A stretch of 64,000 bases of DNA from Amphiscolops sp. MND2022 (taxonomy: Eukaryota). The stretch spans positions 85,314,001 to 85,378,000 of the forward strand of contig OZ076409.1 of NCBI GenBank assembly GCA_964187785.1. The letters are read 5' to 3'. The notes beneath the pieces are model-generated. The model did no database searches. It worked only from the letters and a program-made list of their open reading frames with translations, and was not told the DNA's origin. Both the position numbers and the translations under genes were made by a program. Positions 26,960 through 38,675 of this stretch are shown here, one piece after another. The number at the start of each line of letters is the position of its first letter. Position 1 is the first letter of the stretch.

Positions 26960-28599
26960 TAACCGTTGAATCTGGGTTCAGATCAGAATAATTGAACAGT
27001 CTCTTGGGAGAGAGTTTTACAAAACAAAAGAACAGTTAGTTGAAATAAGTGGTGAAATACACGAACACAATCCAGGATTTCAAGACGATCCAAATTATTA
27101 AGTTAATCTCCAAAAGGGTTACTAACAATCAGCTCAAGAAAACAAATTACTGCGATCATTTCCAAACTAAATGGGTTGTATCAAATTGAAATTCAACTGT
27201 CCTTTTCGTAACCCGCGTCAGGCATTTATACTTTTCGCTAGATGCGCAGGATAAATCCCACGCGTGAACCCACACCTCGTCCAACTCGGCGTCCTTCCAA
27301 GGCGGGAAAATCCTAATAAGGAAAACTTCATTGAGACTCGGCTTTCGGTCTCTTCCCACTTATAGAAAAAGTGGGATTCGACTTCCTGCCGAATCTCATT
27401 TCCGCGTTCCTTCTCCGTCATTCCCCACCAATTTGTGAGGCCGAAGTTGAAGTTGGCAATGAAAGACCATAAACCTAGCTACTGACGCGGGAAAAGAAAC
27501 AAACTTTTCATCGAAACAAAAATGCAATCCAGCTGCAAATATTACAAAATATGGAATAAATACATTTTCCAATTGAAAGTCAATTAAAAACTGCTCACAA
27601 TTATTATTTTCACGCAAATTAAGCATTAAATAATTCTGGTCACACCTCAGGTAGCAGGTTCTAATTTAGGTTGACTGAACGGTCGACTAGAGCGTTGACT
27701 CAAATTGCATGAACAAATTTCACTCCGAATGAAACGATTAACAAATATTAGCATACTAAAGTGGTTAATACATGAGGGAAAAGGGTAATATTGCACCAAT
27801 GAATGACAATTACACACATCTTTGAACTGAAGTTTCCTTGAGGTCAATTGAGCTCATAAAGGGTCGCGTGTACTGATTATTAAGGGTATTTAATCTACAA
27901 TTTAACAAATTCAACAACTGGGAATTAGACTCAAATTTGTTCGATTAGTCGGTTGTCTGGGTGGTTGACTCCAAATTAGCCATAATAGCTTCATTCATTA
28001 GCATCGGTGTCATGTTATAAGTGATTATTTCATCCTTGCCATACATATTTTTCCATATTTCAACTTCTTTCAAGTTGAGATTGCATGAACATAGTGCAAA
28101 ATATTCATCATCTATAGCATCGTTATTGGTAGTTCAGTCAAACGACTGGGCGTGCATCCCAGTTTTCGGTCGACTGATGAGCTGCCTGGGACGGCCGCTC
28201 AGCTAGCGCAGTGGATTTGCGCTAAACGCTGATTGGCTAACTAATATAAGAATGAAAACTGATTTGCTTAGCTCCGCTGTTATTGTGGCAGTAAGCTGGT
28301 CGGCGCGCTGGTTGGATTAAATTCAATCAGCACGCCTGTCGTTTTACTGTGAACAAATCGCACTTAATAATATTTAAGTATTTACATATTTATGTATTTT
28401 AGGTACTGCACAGGGATCAAGTTATTAAAATTATTTAAATAACTATTTAATTCTTCTGTATTTTAATTGTTGTTTGTTGGTTTGGTTCTTGCAGGTTCTT
28501 ATGCTAATTCTTCAGTCACCTTCTGGTCACTTTCTCTGCTTTCCTCCTCAGGCGTTCTTATCTGATTTATTTCTCCACAGCACCGCTGGGGCTGTGACA
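26960..28599 (-). mobile_element. LTR-like fragment
   Basis: Minus strand begins TGTCACAGCCC at 28599, the same start as the 6076 LTR. The other end and a TSD are not resolved. Confidence 0.35.
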
Positions 28600-28691
28600 C
28601 ATGCTATCGTGATTGTGTGCAATGAGACAGGTTGTGCATTTAAAAGATGAGCTATTTTCCGCAGTTCAATTGCTACCAGCATAGACAGGAC

Positions 28692-29450
28692 CAGGCGTGT
28701 CAATTATATGCGGCAAAAACTCTAAAATATGCAATACTTTATGCAGATAATTTCTTCAAAAAATGCTCTGATATATGCGGCAAAATGTTTTTTGCTCAGA
28801 AAAGAACGAAATATTTGAGGACAAACCGAATTAATCTAATTTTTCTCAATTTTAATATAACATTATAAGAAGAAGAAGTTTTTCCTCAGTCAGTTGTAGT
28901 TACAGCAAAATTCAATTTACTAGCTTTTAGTGCTGTTACAGCCGATATGCATGGGACTTGATTTGAAGAGGTTAGCGTATTTGTTGTATAGCTCGGTCGC
29001 TTCGCTCCCTTCGCCAAGTAGCAACATTGAGGCATGGCCATATGGCTTCGCTCCTGCATTTAGGGCACTAGGGGTATGTGAACATAGCTGACTACGGTAT
29101 AATAATTATTCCGACAGAATATGCAGGGACCACACTTACATTATAGGTTCCACACTTAGTAAGAAGAATTCGCTTGGGACCACATTTAGTCAGGGGTACC
29201 TCCCACTCTCCATAAATTAGCTGAAAACCGTTCTACAGAGGCTTAGGCGCAAACAAGTAAAACAAGGTTCGTCATTTGGGACACGTTGAAAACCTGGTAT
29301 ACCAAGTATATAGCGGTTCGATTTCACCGATTTCACAAACGATCAGTTACAAAACCAGTCAGATATGCGGTAAATACGTGGTTTATATGCGGTTTCTCAA
29401 ATACGCGGGAGAATATGCGGAATTTGCGGCGCATATAACTGACATGTCTG
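28692..29450. mobile_element. hAT-like MITE
   Basis: TIR CAGGCGTGTCAATTATATGCG / CGCATATAACTGACATGTCTG (18/21 match). 8-bp left flank is gacaggac; right flank is gacgggga here and gacgggac in the duplicate at 26538-26545. Confidence 0.7.
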
Positions 29451-30124
29451 GACGGGGAGGGGCAATTAATAGAAAAGATCCGCAAAAAGAGTCTACTTCC
29501 GAATGCCTTCTGATTTTGGTGTACAATTTTAGGACGTTTTGTTGTTGAATCCAAAGTTCAATAACACAATGCTTGGCGACATAGTGCAAAACAACTTGAA
29601 ACTTTTGCCAAGAATGATGCATATTCCCTTGCAAAATATTTGGCAAGATTCTTACCAAGAGGACCAAGAATACTTACGGTCTTGTTAGATCTTGCCAAGC
29701 ATTTCAAGAGAAACGACTCACCTTTCCGACAGAAAAAAGCACAAAAAAATCTTGTTCGAAAAAACTTTTATTGAAAAATGCAAGAATTGCCAAGAATGTT
29801 GTCAAGGAATTCAAGAAAACCCGCGAAAACGCAAGAGGTACGAATTCCATTTACAACCTAGCCCACCGTAGAAAAAGTTTTAAACCTAAAAGTTTTACCG
29901 AAAATTTAATATCACTGCTGATAAGTTCAATATGCACAGAAAAATTATTCTTATCACTGGTATGATATCTGAAATCAATGAAATATCGCAAACAACATGA
30001 ATAAAACACCACTGATAGAACTGATAAAACACCATTGACAAAACACCACTGATTGTCCCACTTGGGAAAATCTGAAAAAGCTGGAGAATTCAAAAACTCT
30101 AGAAAAAAGAAGGACATAGAATTA

Positions 30125-30655
30125 ATAAGCCGAGAACGGCCCAAGTCTGCGCCATATCTAAGGCTCAAAAATGGCAAAAAGACTTCAAAGTGTCAAGTAT
30201 TCTTTTCTACAGTACCGGCATGAAGAAAAAATTCAAAAAAAAATCCGTAATTATTTTTTGAAATTTTGTTCGAAACTTTTTTGGTCTCCGGTGCCGAAAA
30301 ATATGAAAAGGGTCCCTTTGGGAGTTTTTGAACGTCCATTCTTTTGCAAAATAGAAAATATTGGAGGGGGACCCTTTGGAGACAATGAAAGAACTTGCGA
30401 AAAAAAACCTCACAAAGTCGAAAGACCCTGCACAAAACAATTTTTGGTCAAGGGCGGGACTGGATGCCACGTACTTCTGCCTGACAGGCCTCAAAAAACC
30501 TTAATTAACCTCTATGATAAGTGCCAGTGGAAGTAGTGAGGCAGTTAGTGTTAGTGCAAGTCAGCTTATAAAGCTTATAAAATTTGTCACTTCGTTGGTC
30601 TTTGAAAACGTTACAGCTGTAGTCTGCGTTTTCTACGAAAACCGCTGAATAGAAA
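30125..30655 (-). mobile_element. HINE-like element
   Basis: Same terminus (aagtctgcgccatatctaaggctcaaaa) and same internal gggggaccc / gtgccgaaaa motifs as the 4930 and 45831 copies. Confidence 0.6.
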
Positions 30656-31117
30656 TAGTGACAAAACAGCCGAAAAAGTACAGCCAGCTAACACCATTAC
30701 AACTAAATAGACTTCAATACAAAACTGGTTACATAAGACTTTGCTCGCTCTGTCGTTGAGAATTTGAGTTTTCCACAAAAATTAGTCTAAACTGAAATCG
30801 AAAATGTAGTTTTTACTCATTTTTCGACAATTTTGTGTATCTTTTTGATCCCTTTTTGAAGGTTTTGTGGTCAAGAATTTGCAGACTTAACAAAAAAAAA
30901 CGAAGGATTTAGCAACCCAGCATACTTTTCATGGAGTCTCAAACGAAAAAGGATAAGTAAGCAAAGAATCAATTTTCTAATTTTTGAATTTTTGTGTACA
31001 TTCCGAACGTTCTTTGTGACATCATTTATTATGTCATACTTGAGTTTAGACCATAGAGGTCACAATGTTTCCAGACAGTTAAGAACCTGTGAAGATTTAT
31101 GTTTACCATATTGCTTG

Positions 31118-34100
31118 AAAACGAAAAGTACAAATGCCGAACATGGAAGAATTAATCTCAAGACTTTCAAGAAAAATATCAGAAGGAGAAGACGGTGAAA
31201 TTTTGGCAACAAAGATAGAATTCGATTATGCTTATGCACAAATCAAATTGGACGAAAAGACAAGAAACTTACAGTCACATGTGGAGAATTCAGGGGATAC
31301 GACCGTTTCTGAAAGGATTCTATGGACTGGCAGACAATCCAACAAATTTCCAAGAACGGATCTATAAAACTTTGGAATATAAACAACCGGCATTGCGCGA
31401 CGATATGATAATAGTAACGAAAGGAGATGTGAAGAAACACGAAGCAGAAGTCAGAAAAACAATGAAAAAACTAGAAAACGCAGGGTACAGATTAAACCCA
31501 AAGAAGTGGGATTTCTTTAAAAGGGAAATCAAATGGGTGGGACAAAAAAACGACCAACACGGAACACGACCACTACAAGATAAACTGGAAGCAATAAGAA
31601 AAGAAACACACCGAAAAACGGAAAGGAATCAAAATCTTTCCTGGGAGCGATTCAATGCCTTTTAAATTGTATCGAGAAATTATCTGCTGACACCGACATT
31701 TTGCAAAAATTTTTGAAAAAAAAAGAATGAATGGAATTGGACTGAAGAACATCCCAACACATTCAACATAGTAAAGGAATCCATAACCAAAGTTCCACGC
31801 CTGGCCCACTACAATGCAAATAACGGAAATATTCTAACAACAGACGCCAGTACGAAAGGATTGGGAGCAACACTGTCGCAACGACAGAAAGTTGGTAACT
31901 TGAAACCGGTCGAATACGCAAATAGCTTCTTATCGGACACTGAGAAGAAGTATGCAATAAACGAAATTGAGCTAATCGTGGTAGCATGGGGACTGGAACA
32001 TGTCAGACTCCAGATATACGAACGATCAGTTGAATTATTGACTTAGTGACAGACCACCAAGCGCTAGAACCACTAATTAGGCGAAACAGATCACATAAAA
32101 CATATAGTGCGCGATTACCACGCTGGCTATATAGATTGACACAATTTGACAAAAAGCTAAAACACATTGCAGGCGAACACCAGGGATTACCAGACTTTTT
32201 GAGCAGAAATCCAGTGTCAAAGCAGAGCCAATGGAAAATTACGCCGAAGAGTACGGAGTTAATTGCATAATACCATTATTTGATTTCATCAAGAACCACG
32301 GCAGCATCATCGAGTCAAAGATGAAAGACACGCGAACTACTTAAAAATGTTTCAACAGAAAATCGACCAATCACAAAACAGCTACCAAACCAAATCGAAG
32401 CCAAGAACGGAAAAGTGAACGATTGCAGTTCGTTGCTATTAACGCAACAGAACGTTTCACATGTTAACATTGACAAACAGAAAGAAATCAGAATCGATTA
32501 CAAAAAAGTTGTTTAATTGGTGAAGCAAGAACCCTTAGCAATAACACTGGCCATGACAAGTAAATGGAAAGAATTGGTGAAACCGAACGATTACATGGCG
32601 AATGGGGTTTGGTAGAAATATAGCCCACCAAGATTTCACCGAACGAAAGGGCAATGGAACTACACCTAAAAATCAACAGACCCATCAGGTAACGAATGGA
32701 ACAACAAAGCCAAGAACCACCGGAGGAGATAATAGACAAGAAGAAGTGGAGAAGTGTTCAGAGATAGAAAAAACTAAAAACAAATACATCCAAACCAATA
32801 CAAACGAGCAAGGGACCAGTAAAACCTCACCAACGGAAAAAACGGATGATTACAGTGAAGAAACCACATCCGCCAACTCAAACGACTCAATGGACGTACC
32901 GGCAAAAAAGTATCTGGGAGCGACCGGAGTCAAATACATCCAACTGGGGCAGGCAAGTCACGTCCAAGAAAATGAGGAGTGGAATTTGGAAGAGACGGTA
33001 AGACAGGACGAACAAAATTCTCAACAGATTAAAAGATGATAGCAACAAGATTCCGCGTAATGTTGTACGACGAAAAGATAATAATACCAAAAAACCTGAG
33101 AAACACTGTAATTGCCCTACTCCACAAGGACACTCTTTCATCAACAAGATGACACAGGGCGCGATGCCATTTTGGTGGCCGAAGATGAGTAAGGATGTCC
33201 AACAAAAGTGCAACGAATGTATACCCTGCAAGATAACAGGTAAAAACTTCAAGTCTCAATTAAATATGACAGAGGTTAATTATTTACGACCAACCTAAAA
33301 ACCAAACCAAGAAATCCAATTGGATTTCATTGGACCCATAGGATTTAAACAGAGACTAGTATTCATACTAGTATCAATTAATCGATACAGCAGATGCCAG
33401 CGGCGTGCATCTGTGAAACACATACAGGCAAAACCGCAAAAGTTTTTTGGAACAGTACATAGTTCTTATTGGTCTACCACAAACTATTAGTACAGATAAA
33501 GGCACGGCCTTTACAGGAAAACGGTTCGGAGAATTTTGCAAAATCATAAATATCAAACTAATATCGGAACACCGTATATACACACATCAACAGGTCTGGT
33601 GGAAAGAGGCATTAAAACACTGAAAGATTACACGCGGGCAAACCTATGGGATGGTTGCACAATCATTGAAGCGTTAACCCGTTTACTAAACGCGATGAGA
33701 ACAATGGTCCATTTCAGCATTAAAGAAACCCCCTTTGAACGACATTACGGAAGAAACCCTAGAACGGAACTAACAAACTACCTAAATATATCACCAAATT
33801 TTAAAACCAATGCCTTTCCAGCAAAGCCAGATACCCTGCAAGTGTATGCATTCTCAAACAACGAGGGACATCACGATCAACTGGAAGCACCCCGCAAACT
33901 CAAAGAGTAAATCTTTTTTTGTAAAAAAACTTCCATGCCTCTTTCTTGAAAAGAAAGTGGACAAAAAGAAATTCGAAAGTGCATACAACACCAAACCACA
34001 AATAGCTGTAGCCGGAACAAAACCTACAATTACGACGGACGAAAACAAACAATTACAACGAAAAAGAGTAAGCAAACAGTTGAAATCTACTATTCAGAAT

Positions 34101-34575
34101 CCACTTTCCAGACGAGGAAAAACCCGCGAGGACTGGATGACCGCTTTACATCAGTAACATTGAACCAATCAGAGACGACAACGGGCCGCGGAACAGCCAA
34201 TAAGAGGAAGCACTCCCATTCTGGAAGAGAGCCTGCCGTTTTGACAAATGCCGAAAAATAATACCGATAAATACCGACAAATATAAAAGTAATACCAAGT
34301 TGATAAACGTAGAACAAATGGAAAGCACAAATCAAAACACAAATAACGAAATAACTACACGAAAATTTACAAGAATCGAAACGGTAAATCCTGTAATACG
34401 TTTAAATAACCCAATGACACATTAATTTTTGAAGGAAACACTGTGAACAAGTGGGGCAAACAAAACGATCAATCGAACAATTAGAGTGGAGAGATCCTGA
34501 GCGAAAGCACAGATTGGTGGAAGCTTGCAGCCAATGACAAAGAAGTAGAAGAAAACCGGTGAGAAACAGAACAAT
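31118..34575 (+). pseudogene. Decayed Ty3/Gypsy pol fragment (RT, RNase H, integrase)
   Basis: RT: QMPNMEELISR...DYAYAQIKLD...FLKGFYGLAD...LRDDMIIVTKG. RNase H: TTDASTKGLGATL...EKKYAINEIELIVVAWGLEH...TDHQAL. Integrase: FWWPKM...CNECIPC, DFIGP, TDKGTAF, GLVERGIKTLK. Many stops and frameshifts. Confidence 0.92.
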
Positions 34576-35623
34576 CCCTAGGTTAGAAGAATCACAAATC
34601 TTGCAAAATTCTTCCGAATTACTCGTCAACTTTGCATTTCTTACATGAATCTTACAAGTTTGTAGAACTATCGTAACTTTCGCAAGTTTGTTACAACGTC
34701 GAATATTTCTTACAAGATTCTGATAACATTTTTGCAAAAATTGCATTTGCTTCGTAACGTAAGAATTTCTTACAAAAAATGTGATGTGTAATTTCCACCA
34801 AAATGGCAAAAAATCATCAAACTTCCAAAAATAACAGCCACAGTTGTCGTTCACAATGCACAAACTGTCCCCGGATCCCAACAAAAGATTCCAAATTGTT
34901 AATTTTGATCAAGAAAAAATTACATGCAGTTTTACCCCAAAAATTACTGTAACGTATTCCAGCTATGAAACTCCGGACAAACATTCCGAGGAATCTTGAG
35001 CTAATGATGATAGGAATATGAAAATGGTACCAAATGAAAATACATTTCAAGGGCTTTCTAACGGTCTCAACTTAATCCTGCTGTCAGTTGCTGTTATGGA
35101 AAAAATCGGTAAAAATATACTACAAAACCACCCGTGCAATATCATTTTGAACACTATTAAAATCCTGAAAATTCTAGCAACATTCAACCATCGGTTTCAT
35201 TTTTTCCCCTGCCCATTTCCACTGGCCAGGAGACTGCTGAGAATGGAGGACATTGCTCTCTTAGAGGCGATGACACCACGCAGGTCTGTAATGTTGTAAG
35301 CGAAAGCTTCACAACAAAAACATCATACAATTCTCATGATGCAAATAAGGCATTCCGATCATTTAAGATCTAGATGCTCTAATTTGGGCAATTGTATCAT
35401 TTTTGCGCGTACAGATCGTTTTTTTTGCAGCTGTTCAATTTTTGTGAGGAAGAAAATGCAGAAAAATTGTCGGATTTATGCATTTTTGTAACATTCTCAG
35501 CAGAAAAAGACAAATCTTGCAAGATTGTTGCAAGAGTTAGATTCTGGAAATGCATTTTATTACAAGATCTTACAAGAATTCTTGTAAGAATATTGCAAGA
35601 GTTGTAATTTTTGTAACTTAGGG
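34576..35623. mobile_element. MITE-like element with CCC...GGG ends and caaga-rich subterminal repeats
   Basis: ccctaggttagaagaatcacaaatcttgcaa vs. reverse complement of the right end ccctaagttacaaaaattacaactcttgcaa. Confidence 0.65.
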
Positions 35624-36384
35624 TTCTCAACAAAACTAATTGTCTTGTGCCGTTTGTCTATATAAGTAATGTAAACTATCAGTTTATAAATACACTTACA
35701 GTGCCTTCGTCCGGGGGGATTGGACATCATATATCATGTCATACTTGAATTTAGACCATAGAGGTCACAATGTTTGCAGACAGTTAAGTACCTGTCAACT
35801 TTTATGCTTACCATATTGCTTGTACATGTATATCTTTTTATCTTATTATAGTGCTACATTCGTATGAAATTCAGTTGGAATAGAACACGAATAGCAATAA
35901 ACTGTTACAAGCTGTATTTCTTTATCCTAATATTACGATACGATAGAACATTGTTGATGTTATACGTTCATGAATTACGCTCGAGCCTTATCGAAATACG
36001 TCATTGCTCGATGTAATTCAGTGCAAAAATTTTCGCGGTACTCAGTGGCTGTCTTCTTTCTCTCATCTCTGTCAAGTTTCCTCCTTTGTGCCATTTGGAA
36101 GGAGATCCTCCATCAAATGCTGATTTTCTCACTCCATGTGAAACATTTGTAAGCAAAGATAGTTGTTTTCATCTACATTTGAATTGTAGTCTTTTTGAAC
36201 TTAAAATTCGAGTCATTTACATTTCCATGATATGCATACAGAAGTAGCTTTGGCAGGAAATCATGCAGAAAGTACTTCAATTAATCTAACAATTACGTCA
36301 AAAGCCAGTTTTTGATTACCCAATGCTGGAAATGTCAAATCAAATTAGCTCCTGAGATGTCGGAAGTTCTTGGCACTTTTACGA

Positions 36385-38675
36385 TGTCGCAGGCTGCCAC
36401 CTGTGACGGCATATTCAACCAAATTATGCCAGACGACAATCAGAGTAACCCAGAACCGGGAGTCTTACCCATATGAAAAACTTTAACCTCTCCGACGAAT
36501 TAAAAGAACAAACTAACACGTATTTGTACCGTTGAAATTAATACGAATATGATTTTAAGCAACATGCAGTACTTTGTAATATTGACCGAATGTCAACTTG
36601 ACAGCAACCTTATACTTAAATTGTCCCAAGTATTGACTTTGTAACGGTTTTGCTTGGTTATTCTATTAGCTACACGTTGCGTCAAACATGTTCAGTGCAA
36701 TTGTTTCGTAACTATGTTGTAGAAAAAGCTGAAAGGTGCTTTAATAACTTGTAAAACAAACAAGAAAGCAGGAAAACGCGTTCAACCTGCTCGCTACTGC
36801 AGTCAGGATGACCCGTAGTCCAAACATATTCTCAACCAATCAGAACGCAGTAAGAACCGTTCACTGCAGTCACGCTGACGCTGGGTAAGAATTAGTGTTT
36901 TGCTAAATATTGATGCTATCGTTACATGAAATGTTGCTTTTAACCTAGAATTAGTAATATGCAAGCTAATACGTTACTTGTTTGATGCTATCTATATCTC
37001 CCCACCCAAAATGACGTAATGTCTAGTGACCTGATCTATTTTTAGAACTTATGACATAATATCATGACTAAAGCTAAATTTAGACTGATCTCACCCTAAA
37101 TTAAGCTACCTGACGCACAAATTCATGCGTGTCATGCTGTGTAAATTATATATACGCGGAACTCGTTGCAAAGAGGATCATCGATTACTAACACTACCTA
37201 CACTCAAAACTCAATACTGTTCAATTTGTTATTTCTGACAATTCAAGGTTCAAACCAATTTTCTTTTTTAAATATGCCTGCTACTAGAAAGCAGAAAGCA
37301 AGGGATAAACGTTCCAGACATTCTGACGTTATGTCAGATATCCAAAATCTCGATGTAATGCTAGGAATGTATCAAAGAGATAACTGTGAAGCGCAAGAAG
37401 AGAATAGTGAAAACGAAATGGACTTAAGGTCAAATAGACAGGATCAAGGGTTGAACCAGAATGATAGTGAATTCAGGTCTTAATTAAACAATATTCTTAG
37501 TAACAATAGTGGTTTGACTGAAGCAACTAGTAGAGCGATAAATTCAGAACTATCATCCCAAGTTTCAAGACACTTAGAAGAACTGAAAACGTATCTGAAC
37601 GCACAAATTTTGGATGTAATTATGTACGCGATAGCTAAAAAGGTATTTCCATCAATAGAAAATGCGTTAAAAACCGAGCAAATTCAATCTGAATGCAAAA
37701 TGGGACCTTCAGTCAGACGGACCGCATCCGAAACATATGGGCCAAATGGCTCAGCAACGTGACCTTAGGTCCGACGGACTGCACCTGAGAAAAAATGATC
37801 AACTTGAAAATAGGAAACCCGGTGACAGATCAATCAATTGTTATAATTGTACTAATTAGTAGCTACAATTTATTTTATTTGCACGTAAATGTGTGTATGA
37901 AATACATGCGTACACGTGCGCAACTTGCATTTGATGCAGCTTATACGTACTATGCACGGTAGAGCTTAGTAATGATACCTAGTTATTTATTGAACCCTTG
38001 TTTACTTGGACTGTTTTACGATGTGGTGGTATGAATTGGAATTAAAACGAACACTGAGTTTTGAATGCATATAAACATGGTGTTAGTTAGTCAAAACTTT
38101 GACCACATTCCACTTTTTGCAAATTGCAGATCGCCATACTTGCAATAAAAGGAAGTTAGTCAAAAATTTGACTGAATTACAAAAAAGTGTATTTTTGGAC
38201 TAACTTCCACTTTTCACTAACTACGTGCCTTGACTAGTTTACACTATTTTCCATTACGCGCGTTGACACAGCAAGACCGTTCAGGCATAGACCTTCTTGA
38301 CTAACTTACGCTGAATGACCATTTTACGGATTACACAGATTACGCTGCGTGACTGAAATCCATTATACCGGGATGTGTATCGTAATGAAATGGTCCAGCA
38401 GTGTGACCTTAGGTCAGACAGACTGCATCCATGAATGGATGACCAAACAGATCAGCAACGTGACCTAAGGTCTGATGGACATCATTAATGTAGAGACGAC
38501 GAAATAGCGCAGAAGTGCGACGCTCGGTCAGATAGACCGCATTTGAGCAAATTTAGCCAAAAAGCTCAGAAAACTCAGAGAAACTTCCCTAATTCGATGA
38601 CCACGAAAAGTAACCCCAACAATCACTGTAGAGAAAGTTCAGGTGACTCTGAACAAAGTGATGATGGTTACGACA
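36385..38675 (+). mobile_element. Solo LTR with perfect 5-bp TSD, containing a decayed gag N-terminus and an internal insertion (~37800-38385)
   Basis: TGTCGCAGGCTGCC...GGTTACGACA flanked by TACGA at 36380-36384 and 38676-38680. The ORF from ATG 37274 is homologous to the gag at 60235. Confidence 0.9.

Noticed and set aside
28170..28230. CTGATGA hammerhead core
   Set aside because: No correctly placed GAAA or stem III follows.
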